64,000 nucleotides of DNA from a virus. Taxonomy: Duplodnaviria > Caudoviricetes. Below, in pieces: positions 1 to 11,443 of this stretch. The notes below the pieces were generated by a model. That model was given only the letters and a program-made list of their open reading frames with translations, searched no databases and was not told where the DNA came from. The first letter of the stretch is position 1; the number at the start of each line of letters is the position of its first letter. The stretch covers positions 64,001-128,000 of IMG/VR virus record IMGVR_UViG_3300043821_000026; one strand, given 5' to 3'. The position numbers and the translations under genes are program-made.

Positions 1-1
1 A

Positions 2-2752
2 TTAAATATTATACAAGAAGATAAGGACTTATTAAAAGCTATTATTCAAAATATTAATATAGATATTACAGACATTGGTACTAAATCAGAATATATAGAA
101 AGTACATCATGGAGTAATACAGCAGGGTTATTAGATAAAACAAAACCTCCATTAACATTTATAACTTCATATAATAAAAATCAAACAGATATTATTAAAT
201 TAAATAATTTTAATTTTAATAACATTTCATCAATAGAAACATCAACGTTAAAAATACATGGAATAAATTATTCAGAACATAATATTAGTTTATATTTAAA
301 AACAAATCTTAATAATGAATATGAATTATTAACAACTGAAATTGAAAACGGTATTTTTAATTATGAATATAATTTATTAAATCTATTATCAGAAAAAGAA
401 ATAAATAATAATTTAGAAATTTCTCTATATTTTGACAATATTGATGTTGATACTAAATTAGAAATTTTAGATATATATATAGATACAGATTATCAGAAAA
501 ATATATTATCTTTACCTGTTATTACTAATAATGTTTATAATAAAGTAAATTATGATAATTATTATTTATTAACATCTAATAATGTATGGGGACTATTAGA
601 TAATGTACCAAAACAAATAGATGGGTATAATATTAATAATAGAATATTGGGTGTTATCGATTTTAATAAATTAGATTATAATGAATATATAAAATTATAT
701 AATATTAGTTTAGTTATTAAATATATCGATAAAAAAGGAACTTTTGTTACTAAATATATTGAGAATCAAGATAATGATAGTACCAAAATACAAGTACAAG
801 GTAATATTATTAATAATAATGGTGAATATTTCGGAAATTTAACTCAAGACTATCAAATGATTACTAATGATGAATCTATTAATGAAGATGTTAATGGTGA
901 ATATTTAAACTATATAGAGTTACATAAAGGATTATATCAATCATTTATTCCATCATATAATGAAATAAATAGTATTGAAATTAATACATTAGGTAGAATC
1001 GGATATCCAGATGATAAAATTAAGATATCAATATATAGTGATAACAACAATAAACCTGATAAAATTTTAACTTCAACTTATATTGATGGTTGGGGTAGTC
1101 AATCAAATTGCTTAATAAGATATGATTTATTAGCAACAGAATTAGATATTGATAAACAATATTGGATTGCTCTCGAATTAGATAATTACGATAAATATAA
1201 TTACTATACTTTAAAATTTAATAAAAATAAAATAGGAAGTTTATTAGAAAGTAATGATGGAACTTCATATAAAAATATTAGTAATATATCATTAAGTTTT
1301 AATTTATATCAACCTATATATAGATATTCATTTAATAACTTACCTACTACAGTAGATGGTGATTATAGTTTTAGAATTAAAAATACCATATTCAGACACA
1401 ATATAAATGATAATATATATTTATCTAATATTAAAGCATTATTAGGAAAGGATTATACAAAAGATTATCAAACATCAGTAACTCTTCAACCTCAATATGA
1501 GGCTAGAGCAGGTACTCATTTTGTTTTATCTGCTAATGTGATAAATAATGATAATACAGGATATGTAGAGTTCTTTGTAAAAGATATTAGTATTGGTAAA
1601 GTTAGATATGACCCAGAAGAAAATGCATATGTATGTATTTGTCCAACCAATTCAAGTGAATTAGGATTAAAAATTAGTTCTACATATGATTATGAAGTAA
1701 AAGCAGTATTTATTCCAGATAATGAAACTCCATATAAGAGTTCAAGCGCTACGTCAGTTTTAAAAATTATTCCATTTGAAAAACCAAAAATAACAACATT
1801 ATTTAATGATAACGTTCTTTATAATGATGATTTAAATATTAGAGTTTTATTAGAAAATTTAAATGGAGATAGCGTTAGCGATGGACAGGTTAATATTAAA
1901 ATTTTAGATACCTATGATAAATACAATACCAAATATCAAATAAATGAAAATATTATAGTTAAAAATGGTGTTGCAGAATTAACCGTAAATACTAAAAATA
2001 TAGATTTAGTTCCATATAATAGTATTACTAATCAAAATAATAACAGATATAAATTAATAACATATTATAAACCAAATGAATATAGTATATATTCTGAATC
2101 AGATGTTCAATCTCAATATATTAATATTAAACAACGAGAAACTGAATTATCTACAAATGCTGATAGTAGTTTTGTAGGATATAGTGGACAGCATTTAACA
2201 ATTACTTTAAGTGAAAAAGATACTCATAAAAAAATAACAGGTCAAGTTATCAGTATTAACTATCATGAAGAAGGTAATACTGCAATGAATTATGATATGC
2301 TTATTAAAGATGGGTCTTCATCCACTCTTACAAACTTAACTAAAGATATCGATAATCAATTAAATGGTTTATATGTAATCAGTTTATCACTCGCTCCTAA
2401 AAATTGGATTTTTACAATTGAATATCCGGGAAATGAATATTATACTGGCTCAAAATTAATAGTTCCAATTAATGTAAGTAAAATATTAGCTCAAATTAAT
2501 AGAGAAGAAAATTCAATGAAAATTGAACTTACAACATTAGTTAGTGATAAAAGTTTATTAAAAAATCAAACAGTTATTATGTATGAAGTAGATAATGATT
2601 ATGTGGTGGCATCAATACCTACAACTTTATATGGTAGTATTGGTATTGCTGATTTTAGTGCTTATAAATTAGATGGTAATACTCATGTAAAATATAAGTT
2701 AGCAGATGATAGTATCTTCTATACTGAAAATGAATTAGATGGATATAGGTGA
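2..2752 (+). CDS. Large virion tail/adhesin-like protein, 5'-truncated by window edge; Ig-like (Big) repeats in C-terminal half
   Basis: The frame of ORF 647..2752 is open back to base 2. Asn/Thr/Tyr-rich beta-strand composition with methanogen adhesin-like Ig motifs (e.g. 'V..G.V.I', 'IEYPGNEYYTGS'); sits upstream of tail genes. Confidence 0.6.
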   Translation, partial: LNIIQEDKDLLKAIIQNINIDITDIGTKSEYIESTSWSNTAGLLDKTKPPLTFITSYNKNQTDIIKLNNFNFNNISSIETSTLKIHGINYSEHNISLYLKTNLNNEYELLTTEIENGIFNYEYNLLNLLSEKEINNNLEISLYFDNIDVDTKLEILDIYIDTDYQKNILSLPVITNNVYNKVNYDNYYLLTSNNVWGLLDNVPKQIDGYNINNRILGVIDFNKLDYNEYIKLYNISLVIKYIDKKGTFVTKYIENQDNDSTKIQVQGNIINNNGEYFGNLTQDYQMITNDESINEDVNGEYLNYIELHKGLYQSFIPSYNEINSIEINTLGRIGYPDDKIKISIYSDNNNKPDKILTSTYIDGWGSQSNCLIRYDLLATELDIDKQYWIALELDNYDKYNYYTLKFNKNKIGSLLESNDGTSYKNISNISLSFNLYQPIYRYSFNNLPTTVDGDYSFRIKNTIFRHNINDNIYLSNIKALLGKDYTKDYQTSVTLQPQYEARAGTHFVLSANVINNDNTGYVEFFVKDISIGKVRYDPEENAYVCICPTNSSELGLKISSTYDYEVKAVFIPDNETPYKSSSATSVLKIIPFEKPKITTLFNDNVLYNDDLNIRVLLENLNGDSVSDGQVNIKILDTYDKYNTKYQINENIIVKNGVAELTVNTKNIDLVPYNSITNQNNNRYKLITYYKPNEYSIYSESDVQSQYINIKQRETELSTNADSSFVGYSGQHLTITLSEKDTHKKITGQVISINYHEEGNTAMNYDMLIKDGSSSTLTNLTKDIDNQLNGLYVISLSLAPKNWIFTIEYPGNEYYTGSKLIVPINVSKILAQINREENSMKIELTTLVSDKSLLKNQTVIMYEVDNDYVVASIPTTLYGSIGIADFSAYKLDGNTHVKYKLADDSIFYTENELDGYR

Positions 2753-2756
2753 GTAA

Positions 2757-2909
2757 ATGAGTGATTTTGATTTAGGTAAAATAAAAATAACAGAAATAAT
2801 GAAAATTAAAAATAATGATACTGATGAAATTTTCTATTTAACTCAAATAAATGATGAATGGAAAAGCATAACAGAAAATGAATATAAAAAACTAATAGAG
2901 GTTGAATAA
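2757..2909 (+). CDS. Small hypothetical protein (50 aa, MSDFDLGK...), not in ORF track
   Basis: GGTGAG RBS, ATG at 2757; stop overlaps next ATG (TAATG). Confidence 0.6.
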   Translation: MSDFDLGKIKITEIMKIKNNDTDEIFYLTQINDEWKSITENEYKKLIEVE

Positions 2910-3313
2910 TGGTAAGTACATATATAACAGATACAGGTAAAACAGATATGCTTAAAATGGCATTTGGAGATGGTAGTACCACAACTCGTTTTGGATACTT
3001 AGCTTTAGGCGGAAGTGATAGCAATGGAGTAAGTAATCAAAGTGCAAAAAGTTTTGCAGAGTTAAGTGGTGATGGATATGAGAGAGTGGCATTAAGTACA
3101 GATACATCTGTTACCAAAGGAATTAAATTAACAGCCACCTTTAACGAAAGCAATTATGCTCCAGTCAATGGTGGTACTATAAAAGAAATTGCAATAATAA
3201 ATAATAAAGATAAGTCTAGTAATGATGTTATTTTTGGTATAGCAGAAGTACCTGAAATTATTAAAAAAGATAATATATCTATATCATATGATATTCTTAT
3301 AGAAATAGAATAG
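2909..3313 (+). CDS. Tail fibre/baseplate-associated structural protein
   Basis: 'ITDTGK...YLALG...IKEIAI...I.K' pattern typical of phage tail-fibre N-terminal/baseplate proteins; position in structural module. Confidence 0.55.
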   Translation: MVSTYITDTGKTDMLKMAFGDGSTTTRFGYLALGGSDSNGVSNQSAKSFAELSGDGYERVALSTDTSVTKGIKLTATFNESNYAPVNGGTIKEIAIINNKDKSSNDVIFGIAEVPEIIKKDNISISYDILIEIE

Positions 3314-3321
3314 GTGAGAAT

Positions 3322-6300
3322 ATGACTGGATATTATCAAAAAATTGATAATGACCTAAAACCGGGACATATCGCAAGGTCTGGAGATATTAACTTAATTC
3401 AGTCCTCAATAAATAACGCTATAAGTGATTTAGCTGTAGATATAGAAGGTCCAGCTGTCATTATCGGTGGAGATGAAAATTCTTTTAAACTAACACCATC
3501 TCCAGAAAAATATGACCAATTAAATACAACAACAGATGAAAATAATCAATGGATTTCATTTCATGAAAAATACCTAAGACAAAAAATAAGAATAGAAAAA
3601 AGTGAAATAAATTCTATCACAGTATCTGTGCAAAATAATTCAACATATCCTATTACAATTGTAGGTGAAATAAGAGATTGTGAAACATATAATTTACTAT
3701 CTGAAAAAAATACAAAATTAACACCAAAAACTAGTAAAGAAGTTACCTTTAATTTTGACTTACAACATATTAAAATAGGTGATTATTATTTTATTATCCG
3801 ACCTATTAGTTTATCTAGTATCGATGTAGCTTTAAATGGAGATGAAACTGCTATTATTGGTACTGAAGAAATTAGTGATGATAGTTTTCAAATTAAATTT
3901 GATTGTAATGGAACATATACCACATCACAAAAATGGACAGAATCTGGGTTAAAATATAGTTATAATGGAAATGAATATAACTCTTTATATGATACAGAAA
4001 TATCTGATATTATTTATGCTGACCTTTGGTTTAAGGAAAAATTTGCATCAACAGATAATACATATAGTATAGAACCCGGAACTGCTTTAATTTCAGGTCA
4101 AAAAGTTTATCTATTAGACACTCACGTTAATATAGATGGACCAAGTCAAAAAGGAGATAGGGCTGATTTAGTAGCATTAATGTCTAATGGACATGTTGAG
4201 GTAATTAAGGGTCACGCATCAAAGGGTATATTAGAAGTTCCAGTTTTAAATAATGCTTTGCAGTTAGCGTATATTATCACATACGAAGATAGTGTTGATT
4301 GGAAATGTTCAAATTGTGGAAATATTAATGCATTTACATCAGAAACTTGTCAAAAATGTGGTAAAGGAAAAAATAAAAAATTACCAGCAATAATACAAGA
4401 TGATACAAATGGTCTTACGCGTAAAAGAGATTTGCGAGAAGAGGTAAGACGTTTAAAAAAATATACTGAATATAATGAAGACAGAAATGCACCATCTAGG
4501 ATACATTATAATTGTGTATTAGACGCTATACCTGAAGCAAATCCTGATGAATTAAAAAATATGGTATTAGGTATTAATGATAGTGGAGATATTTCATATA
4601 TAGCTAATGACAGTACTGTCGAAGAATTTTATTGGACTATAAAAGATTTTAAAAATAATATAACTGATGACTTAGTTATTGGTAATTTTAGTGTAAAATA
4701 TTCTAAAGGAAATACTGTTGACGGATATATTGCAGGTGTTAATAGTTATCATAGATGTTGGACAAATAAATGTCCTAATTGTGGTACAAAAGGTTCATTA
4801 AATATTCAAACATTGGGTAGTGATGATAATCAAATTGTTTGTGATAAATCTTTAGGTGGTTGTGGAAATACATTTTGTGGTTTTTCAGGATATCAAATAT
4901 TACCTTCTGAAGATACTACTAAAAAATTAACAGCTGATAAAGAACCTGATAATCCAAACGCTTCTTTAGTAAACTTTAATGAACATAGTATAGGTGAAGC
5001 TAAGAGCTTATCAGGTGTAGCTGGAGCTATGGCACTTGTTCATACTGATGGTACATTAGTTAGTGATGATGATTTAGCAAAAGGTAAGAAGGCAATGGAA
5101 GAGCCACCAGAAGACGCTAAAAGTACATCTAAGAAAAAACCTAAAACATTTAGTAAAGAGGATAATGTATTTCATGGATTATTACAAATAGATAGTAATT
5201 CAACTGATGGTATTGATATTGATACTACAAGAGGAACAGTATCTTTAAAACTAAATAAATATGATGATGAAATTGTTAAAAATGAACCATTAAGTAATAG
5301 TTTAAAAATAAGTGGAGAATCTAATAAAGTTGCATATACTATTAATAACAATCCAGAAACATATGGGCAACAATTAAGTGAATATCCTGCTTTGAATTTT
5401 GCATTAGATAAACCAATGTATGTTAAAACATTAACTCCGTATATTACTGAATTCCAAAATATGAAAAATTTTTCTGTATTATTATTTAAAGATGATGCGG
5501 TATTTAATCCCCCAACAGATAAATTTGTATGTTATACAAAAAAATTCAAAGACGATAGTACATTCCCAAATGTGTTTGAAGGAGAGTTAATTGATATTCC
5601 TAGTAATTCAACACGTAGTGGCGAATCACAAGTTTTAAATAGTGAACATAGCTTTGAAATTAATCAAGAACTACCAGCAGGTAAATATACTTTATTAGTA
5701 TATGGAACACCTATGGATAATGCAACATCAGGTACTATATATGTTAATTGTTATAGTACTACAAGTAGTTTAAAATTTGGTAATGCTATGACATGTAGAG
5801 GACCTTCTCATCCTGATGTTTTATATATAGAACCAACTAATGTAAAAGATTATACTTGGGATTTAGTATTAGAACATAAAGGTGCAAAATATGCCGAAAC
5901 TGGTACATTATACTCACAATCTATTCCAACACAGCTTCCAATAAAAGCTGTTTCAAAATCTATTAATTATGATGCTGGTAGTGGATGTAGCGTAGATATA
6001 TATGTTTCCAATAATGGTGGAAGAACTTATACGCAAATTGAAAACGAACCAATTAAATTTAATGGTACTGGAAAACTATTTAAATGGAAAATTGTATTAA
6101 AAGGTACTGGTGAAACTACACCTGTCGTTAAATATTCTGATGATAAAGGTTTCGGTTTATTATTCAATGTTGGAGAAGCTGTTAGTGATGTTCAATCAAC
6201 AGATTACAAACGAAGAATAGAAACTAGAATAATAGATGCTGGATGGATTAATGCAAATTTATTAGGAGATTCGTATACTTATAAAAACTTTAGTGAATGG

Positions 6301-8289
6301 GAATTTGTTCGTGTATGGGCAGAAGAAAATGATGGAAATTTAGATATTGATATTTTTGTATCATATAGCGAAACACCATTAATTCCAATTACAGCTAAAC
6401 CTAGTACAACTTGGGATAAAGTATTTTATTCAACAGTATTTGCTGATTTAAAATTAAGTGATTTCTCAACTAATTCTGTAGATTATTCAGTTAATAATGA
6501 AGAAGTAGAATTTGACGAGCATAATTATCGTATGGCTTTAGATACAGACGTAAATTACAATGAAGCACAAGGTGTTGTTATATCATATGGTATAGATGGT
6601 ATGGGAGATATTAATTCTCATAAAACAGAAGATGAACGAAATATTGATGGCGTATTTACATATTCCGAATCACCAAAAGTTGATGATAATAATAACACAA
6701 TAAGTACATTAAATAGATATGAAATAGCAACATTTAATCCAACATCTGGTTCTATATTATCTACAATTATATCAGGCGATTTTAGTCCTAAATATTCAAA
6801 ATCTAGTACTTTATCAGGATATACCGATGGGATTAAAACATATAGTAAATCTTGGTTAAATTATTGTCCTCATTGTGGAAAATCTAATACTTTAGTTACC
6901 GAAGATGATAGCGACGGAACTAATCATATAAAATGTACCAATACTGCTTGTAATTATTCATATTGTGGTTTTTCAGGATACGCTTATGCTCCTACTGAAA
7001 CAACTGAAATACAGTTAATACCAAAAAACAGATATGCAACATATTATAACTCTAGTTATAGTGAATACAATCCTAGTACTATTATTATTGGTAAAGCCTT
7101 CCCATCAGGTATAGATATGACAAATTATAATAAATTAGTTTTAGATATCGTACCTCATTTAGAAACAACAGAAACTGATACTGCAAAAAGAACTAAAATA
7201 CCTAGTGGTGTCTTAGAAGTAGTAGTATCTTTAAATGTTAATGGTTCTATTGAAGATGAAAAATATGTCGAAGAGGTAGATGAAAATAATAACCCAACTG
7301 GTGTTGTTAAATTAGTTAAAACTTCAAATGTTACTTATGGAAAAGCTTATACTATTAACCAAGAACTTTTAACTGATGTTCACAATGAAGTTGTTATATC
7401 TAGTATAAGAGATGATGTTTATGCTTATGGTAATGTAAAAAGTATAGGTATTAGAGTTAAAGATGTTGATTCTGATAATACTTTAAGATGTATTGCAAAT
7501 GGAGATAATAATTATTGTGATTCTATTGGAGTTGCAAATATTAGATTAGAATCAGATAATATTTATAGTCTTATTCCTTCATTAAATAAAGAAAGACGTA
7601 AATGGGTTATTAATAAAGATTTCGATACTACTCAAGTGTCTTATCAACTTGCAGATAATACTGCTACTGATGAAGATTATTGGGGACTTATGGACTTTAA
7701 TATTATGGGAAATAACATTATAGGTGATATTGCAACATATACTAGAGATATTGATGTTAGTACAACTAATTGGTATTATATTAGTTTCTTCTGTAATAAA
7801 ACTTTTAATAAAGGTGAATTTATAATTAATCTTTATGGTGATACTGATGGTAATGACTTAATAGAAAGTTTTTATCTTCCTGCATGGGATTATACAACAT
7901 TATCCGACAATGCTTGGAAAATGTTGTGGGATATTGACAGAAGAGAACGTTTACCTACAGATAAAGATGTTGTAGACCCAACAAAAGAATCTACTACAGG
8001 AACTCCGGGTCATTCATTCTTTATGGGTGCATGGTTTAAACGTAGAAATTACGATAACTACAACATTAAAATGATAAAACTTATCAGACAAGATGTGGAT
8101 GATGATAAAAACACAAAAGAAGATGGTTTTGTAGGAAAAGAATTAATGATACAAACCATAAGAGGTTATAGAAGTAAAACTATCCCATCTTTTGGACCTA
8201 AATTAAAATTAAGAATGTATCCAAAAAGTATTGAAAATCTTAAAGCACCAACAATACGTAAGTTTGGTGTTGTATATACATTATCATAG
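3322..8289 (+). CDS. Large tail/receptor-binding protein (1655 aa) with three inserted Cys4+ zinc-ribbon modules
   Basis: Beta-rich structural composition; 'VSNNGG.TY' Asp-box-like motif; RanBP-like 'WKCSNCG...CQKCG' and two 'W.N.CP.CG...C...C...YCGFSGY' modules; GGTGAG RBS. Confidence 0.65.
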   Translation: MTGYYQKIDNDLKPGHIARSGDINLIQSSINNAISDLAVDIEGPAVIIGGDENSFKLTPSPEKYDQLNTTTDENNQWISFHEKYLRQKIRIEKSEINSITVSVQNNSTYPITIVGEIRDCETYNLLSEKNTKLTPKTSKEVTFNFDLQHIKIGDYYFIIRPISLSSIDVALNGDETAIIGTEEISDDSFQIKFDCNGTYTTSQKWTESGLKYSYNGNEYNSLYDTEISDIIYADLWFKEKFASTDNTYSIEPGTALISGQKVYLLDTHVNIDGPSQKGDRADLVALMSNGHVEVIKGHASKGILEVPVLNNALQLAYIITYEDSVDWKCSNCGNINAFTSETCQKCGKGKNKKLPAIIQDDTNGLTRKRDLREEVRRLKKYTEYNEDRNAPSRIHYNCVLDAIPEANPDELKNMVLGINDSGDISYIANDSTVEEFYWTIKDFKNNITDDLVIGNFSVKYSKGNTVDGYIAGVNSYHRCWTNKCPNCGTKGSLNIQTLGSDDNQIVCDKSLGGCGNTFCGFSGYQILPSEDTTKKLTADKEPDNPNASLVNFNEHSIGEAKSLSGVAGAMALVHTDGTLVSDDDLAKGKKAMEEPPEDAKSTSKKKPKTFSKEDNVFHGLLQIDSNSTDGIDIDTTRGTVSLKLNKYDDEIVKNEPLSNSLKISGESNKVAYTINNNPETYGQQLSEYPALNFALDKPMYVKTLTPYITEFQNMKNFSVLLFKDDAVFNPPTDKFVCYTKKFKDDSTFPNVFEGELIDIPSNSTRSGESQVLNSEHSFEINQELPAGKYTLLVYGTPMDNATSGTIYVNCYSTTSSLKFGNAMTCRGPSHPDVLYIEPTNVKDYTWDLVLEHKGAKYAETGTLYSQSIPTQLPIKAVSKSINYDAGSGCSVDIYVSNNGGRTYTQIENEPIKFNGTGKLFKWKIVLKGTGETTPVVKYSDDKGFGLLFNVGEAVSDVQSTDYKRRIETRIIDAGWINANLLGDSYTYKNFSEWEFVRVWAEENDGNLDIDIFVSYSETPLIPITAKPSTTWDKVFYSTVFADLKLSDFSTNSVDYSVNNEEVEFDEHNYRMALDTDVNYNEAQGVVISYGIDGMGDINSHKTEDERNIDGVFTYSESPKVDDNNNTISTLNRYEIATFNPTSGSILSTIISGDFSPKYSKSSTLSGYTDGIKTYSKSWLNYCPHCGKSNTLVTEDDSDGTNHIKCTNTACNYSYCGFSGYAYAPTETTEIQLIPKNRYATYYNSSYSEYNPSTIIIGKAFPSGIDMTNYNKLVLDIVPHLETTETDTAKRTKIPSGVLEVVVSLNVNGSIEDEKYVEEVDENNNPTGVVKLVKTSNVTYGKAYTINQELLTDVHNEVVISSIRDDVYAYGNVKSIGIRVKDVDSDNTLRCIANGDNNYCDSIGVANIRLESDNIYSLIPSLNKERRKWVINKDFDTTQVSYQLADNTATDEDYWGLMDFNIMGNNIIGDIATYTRDIDVSTTNWYYISFFCNKTFNKGEFIINLYGDTDGNDLIESFYLPAWDYTTLSDNAWKMLWDIDRRERLPTDKDVVDPTKESTTGTPGHSFFMGAWFKRRNYDNYNIKMIKLIRQDVDDDKNTKEDGFVGKELMIQTIRGYRSKTIPSFGPKLKLRMYPKSIENLKAPTIRKFGVVYTLS

Positions 8290-8297
8290 GTGATAAA

Positions 8298-8651
8298 ATG
8301 AGTAACGAATTTACTATTCAAAGTGAAGCTCAAGTAACAAATATAAAGAATAGACAAGCTACCAAAGACATCGTTACGGATATTGTTAGTAATATACAAA
8401 ATGATTTAGTAAACACAGATGAAATAAATAATAAATTAGATACAATTATTAATGCAACAGCACAAGTTGGTGCTGTTGCTACAGATTTATCTAATACCCA
8501 ATCTGTAACAAATCAAACAAATATTAGTAATCCGCAAATTGATACCTTAGGTGAGCAAAATAAAGATATTTTAATAAAATTAGCAAATCAAAATACAAGA
8601 ATAAATGAATTAGAAAATAAATTAGATTTAATATTAGAAAAATTATCATAG
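8298..8651 (+). CDS. Coiled-coil hypothetical structural protein
   Basis: GGTGA RBS; heptad-like C-terminus. Confidence 0.5.
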   Translation: MSNEFTIQSEAQVTNIKNRQATKDIVTDIVSNIQNDLVNTDEINNKLDTIINATAQVGAVATDLSNTQSVTNQTNISNPQIDTLGEQNKDILIKLANQNTRINELENKLDLILEKLS

Positions 8652-8658
8652 TGATTAG

Positions 8659-9375
8659 ATGGGGGATTTAGAGCAAGAAATAAAATTAATACATAATGAT
8701 ATTAAATCACTTAAAGATGAAACCAATAAGGGGCTAACAAACGGTGATAGGTATCAAATGATAAAATTAATTGAATCAGAAATTAATCCATTAGACGAAA
8801 AGATTCAATTATTAGAAACAGAAATTGTACGCCAAGAAGGAGTTGATAATAAGATTTATGAAAATTATCAATCAATGTTAAAAGCAATGACTGAATTACG
8901 TAATTTTAAAAGTGAATTACGAGAAAAAATAGATACTGAAAATGACCATAGTAGGCAATATACTAATGAACAATTAAAATCATTTATTAGTGAAACTTTT
9001 GAACCATTTAAAGGAGATGTTTCAAGTTTGGAAAGTAAAGTTGATGAATTATATAACGAAATAGCAAAAAATCATGATGAAATTGAAAAATTAGATAAAA
9101 AAATTGATAGACATGAAGCTCAACGCCAAATTGATGAAACGAATCGTACTAAAGTAATGGAACAAAACGAAGCTCGTAGGCAGATTTGTGAAAGTCAAAT
9201 CATGCAGAAAATTGATGAAAATGAGAATAATAGAAAAGTGGCAGAAGCAGAAAGGTTTAATAAAACTTGGAAAATTTTAATCGCTATATCTGGATTAATA
9301 TTAACACTTATTACATTAAACACTTATCTTGACCCACCAATTCATCATCTATTCCATATATTATTTGGAATTTAG
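8659..9375 (+). CDS. Coiled-coil protein with C-terminal transmembrane helix (possible lysis accessory)
   Basis: Long charged coiled coil followed by hydrophobic 'ILIAISGLILTLITL'; last gene of the + strand module. Confidence 0.5.
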   Translation: MGDLEQEIKLIHNDIKSLKDETNKGLTNGDRYQMIKLIESEINPLDEKIQLLETEIVRQEGVDNKIYENYQSMLKAMTELRNFKSELREKIDTENDHSRQYTNEQLKSFISETFEPFKGDVSSLESKVDELYNEIAKNHDEIEKLDKKIDRHEAQRQIDETNRTKVMEQNEARRQICESQIMQKIDENENNRKVAEAERFNKTWKILIAISGLILTLITLNTYLDPPIHHLFHILFGI

Positions 9376-9746
9376 ATGATATAAAATTTATTTTTTTTAC
9401 ATTGACTTATAAAGAATTTATATTCATCATAAGTCCAATTATATTTAATTAAAAAAGATGGTAATGTTTTCCAAATTGGTTCTAACATATTAGGTAAATC
9501 ATACATTTGAATCCTAGTATTAATAACCTTATTTTTGTCTAAACCATCAATTGGAATATTTTTCTTTTTTAATAATTCAATAATAAGTTCGTCATTATTT
9601 TTATATTGTTTATTAATAGCTGACAGATATTGTTGTTTTTTTGTACAATCTTTACAATAATAACTATACCCATCTTTATTGTTTTTATTTTTAGTAAAAT
9701 TTGATATATCTTTTACTTGATTACATCTATTACATTGTTTTTGCAT
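9372..9746 (-). CDS. Zn-finger protein (CxxC...F.K.K...DG....CKxC, as at the N-terminus of phage endonuclease VII/HNH proteins)
   Basis: CNRC...YCKDC motif; no nuclease core visible. Confidence 0.5.
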   Translation of the reverse strand: MQKQCNRCNQVKDISNFTKNKNNKDGYSYYCKDCTKKQQYLSAINKQYKNNDELIIELLKKKNIPIDGLDKNKVINTRIQMYDLPNMLEPIWKTLPSFLIKYNWTYDEYKFFISQCKKNKFYII

Positions 9747-10414
9747 TTAATCATTTTTATCAGCTATCTTACGATATGTCATACTACCAATTACACTATA
9801 TGATAATAAAGTTATTACAATACTTGATAGCCAAAAATTAAATCCTGATAGGTTTAATAATATTGCTATTTGAGCAACAAATAACCAAATTCCATACAAT
9901 GTAATAAAAGATATTATGATAAATATAAGATATATTGCTGTTATCGTTGGGGCATTCATTTTATCTTTCAACCTTAAAACCTTTGTTTTTCATTATTTTT
10001 ATTGAGTTTTCTAAATTATCTTTAGATGAATATATTGTTAGTTTATCACCATTTTCTAATATAACGACAAAACTTTCTTCTTGGCTTTTTAAGCTATCTT
10101 TTATATCGTTACATATTCTTTCAATTTTATCAATTTGTTCAATTTCGTAATCGAATCGTCCTTGTTTTAATTCCATTTTATACACCTTGTTTTAATTGTT
10201 CTTCATTTTTTCTAAACCATTTTTTTGCAAATCTCATATATGCACGAAATTCCTCATCAGACGTATCTTCATCATCTAAAAACTCATATAATAAAGATAA
10301 AACTGTAGCCGACGCAAATCTTTGTACTTGTGCCATGTCACGATACATATTATTACTTTTAAGTAAATTATAGGTATTCCATAATTTACTATCAAAATCA
10401 TCTCCTTTAATCAT
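9747..10414 (-). CDS. Three small hypothetical proteins (9747-9971 two-TM membrane protein; 9961-10185; 10178-10414)
   Basis: Tightly packed co-oriented ORFs; TATA-like element just upstream of 10414. Confidence 0.55.
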
Positions 10415-10453
10415 ATTATATATTTAATAAGTATTACCTTTATAAACTTTTCG

Positions 10454-11170
10454 CTATAACTTTGTATATTTTGTATTATTTTTTCTTAAAAAATGGTATA
10501 TAGATGATTTTGGTAAATTAAAATCTTTTTCTATACCAGATATAAAGTATCCATTATTCTTTAAATCAATCAATTTATTTATTCCACCAATATTTTCGAT
10601 ATATTCATTTGTAAATGTTATTTTTGGATGTTGATAGTAATTTGAGTAAAAAATAAAAGCTTCTTCTTCTGTGTCAAATCCTTTTACTATATCCATTTTT
10701 TTATATTGCTCTATTCTTACTTCATATTTACAATCTTCATTTAATATAATAGAGTCTTTAACATTATTAAATGTGTGTTTTTTTATATATATATTATCTG
10801 ATAAATAAACATTTTTTAATCTAAAATCTTTATAGTTATTATTTAAATAATGAACATATTTATCAGAACCATTTTTATATAATAAAGATAAATATGTTGG
10901 TTTACAATTAATATTAGTTATTAATCTTTTTCTATAAATATTCCATAAATTATTTTCAACAATATCTTTGACACCATTGCAATATTTGAATACAACATGA
11001 GCTTTATCTCGTGGTTTTGGTTTATCATAAGTATAAAACTTACATACATCACAATGTTTACATTCATTAAATTTATTAATATAATTATTATATTCCTTTA
11101 TAATATCTTTTGCATCTTTTCCATGATTAAATGTAACAAAATCTACAAAAGGTATCTTTGCATCTTCCAT
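10454..11170 (-). CDS. Hypothetical DNA-binding protein, possibly a degenerate HNH-AP2-type homing endonuclease
   Basis: AP2-like 'YEVRI......KGFDTEEEA' motif and C-terminal HTH-like segment; GAGGTG RBS. Confidence 0.35.
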   Translation of the reverse strand: MEDAKIPFVDFVTFNHGKDAKDIIKEYNNYINKFNECKHCDVCKFYTYDKPKPRDKAHVVFKYCNGVKDIVENNLWNIYRKRLITNINCKPTYLSLLYKNGSDKYVHYLNNNYKDFRLKNVYLSDNIYIKKHTFNNVKDSIILNEDCKYEVRIEQYKKMDIVKGFDTEEEAFIFYSNYYQHPKITFTNEYIENIGGINKLIDLKNNGYFISGIEKDFNLPKSSIYHFLRKNNTKYTKL

Positions 11171-11183
11171 TATAACACCTCTT

Positions 11184-11443
11184 AAAAAAAATAATCTAAG
11201 AGGTCGTTCCTCTTAGATTTAATTCAAATATGAACAATTGTCTAATCTATTTTGGATGAACACTATTTGAATTTAACAAGCAAGTATTAGGTTAATAACT
11301 CCTAATAATATATTCTAGAAATATATATACTTACAGGGAGCCTTTCGCTATCGATTTACATTGACTAGAAGACGATATTTAAACCTTTGTCTACACGGTA
11401 CTGACTCAATAGATTTTTATAGTGAAATCTGTCACTCGTCAAT
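11184..11443 (-). ncRNA. Candidate ~255-nt structured non-coding RNA or long leader, with its own promoter and terminator
   Basis: TATA box at 11461-11470; ATTGAC/GTCAAT closing stem (11360-11443); 10-bp stem 11221-11273; 11-bp terminal hairpin 11193-11219 followed by U8. Confidence 0.55.
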
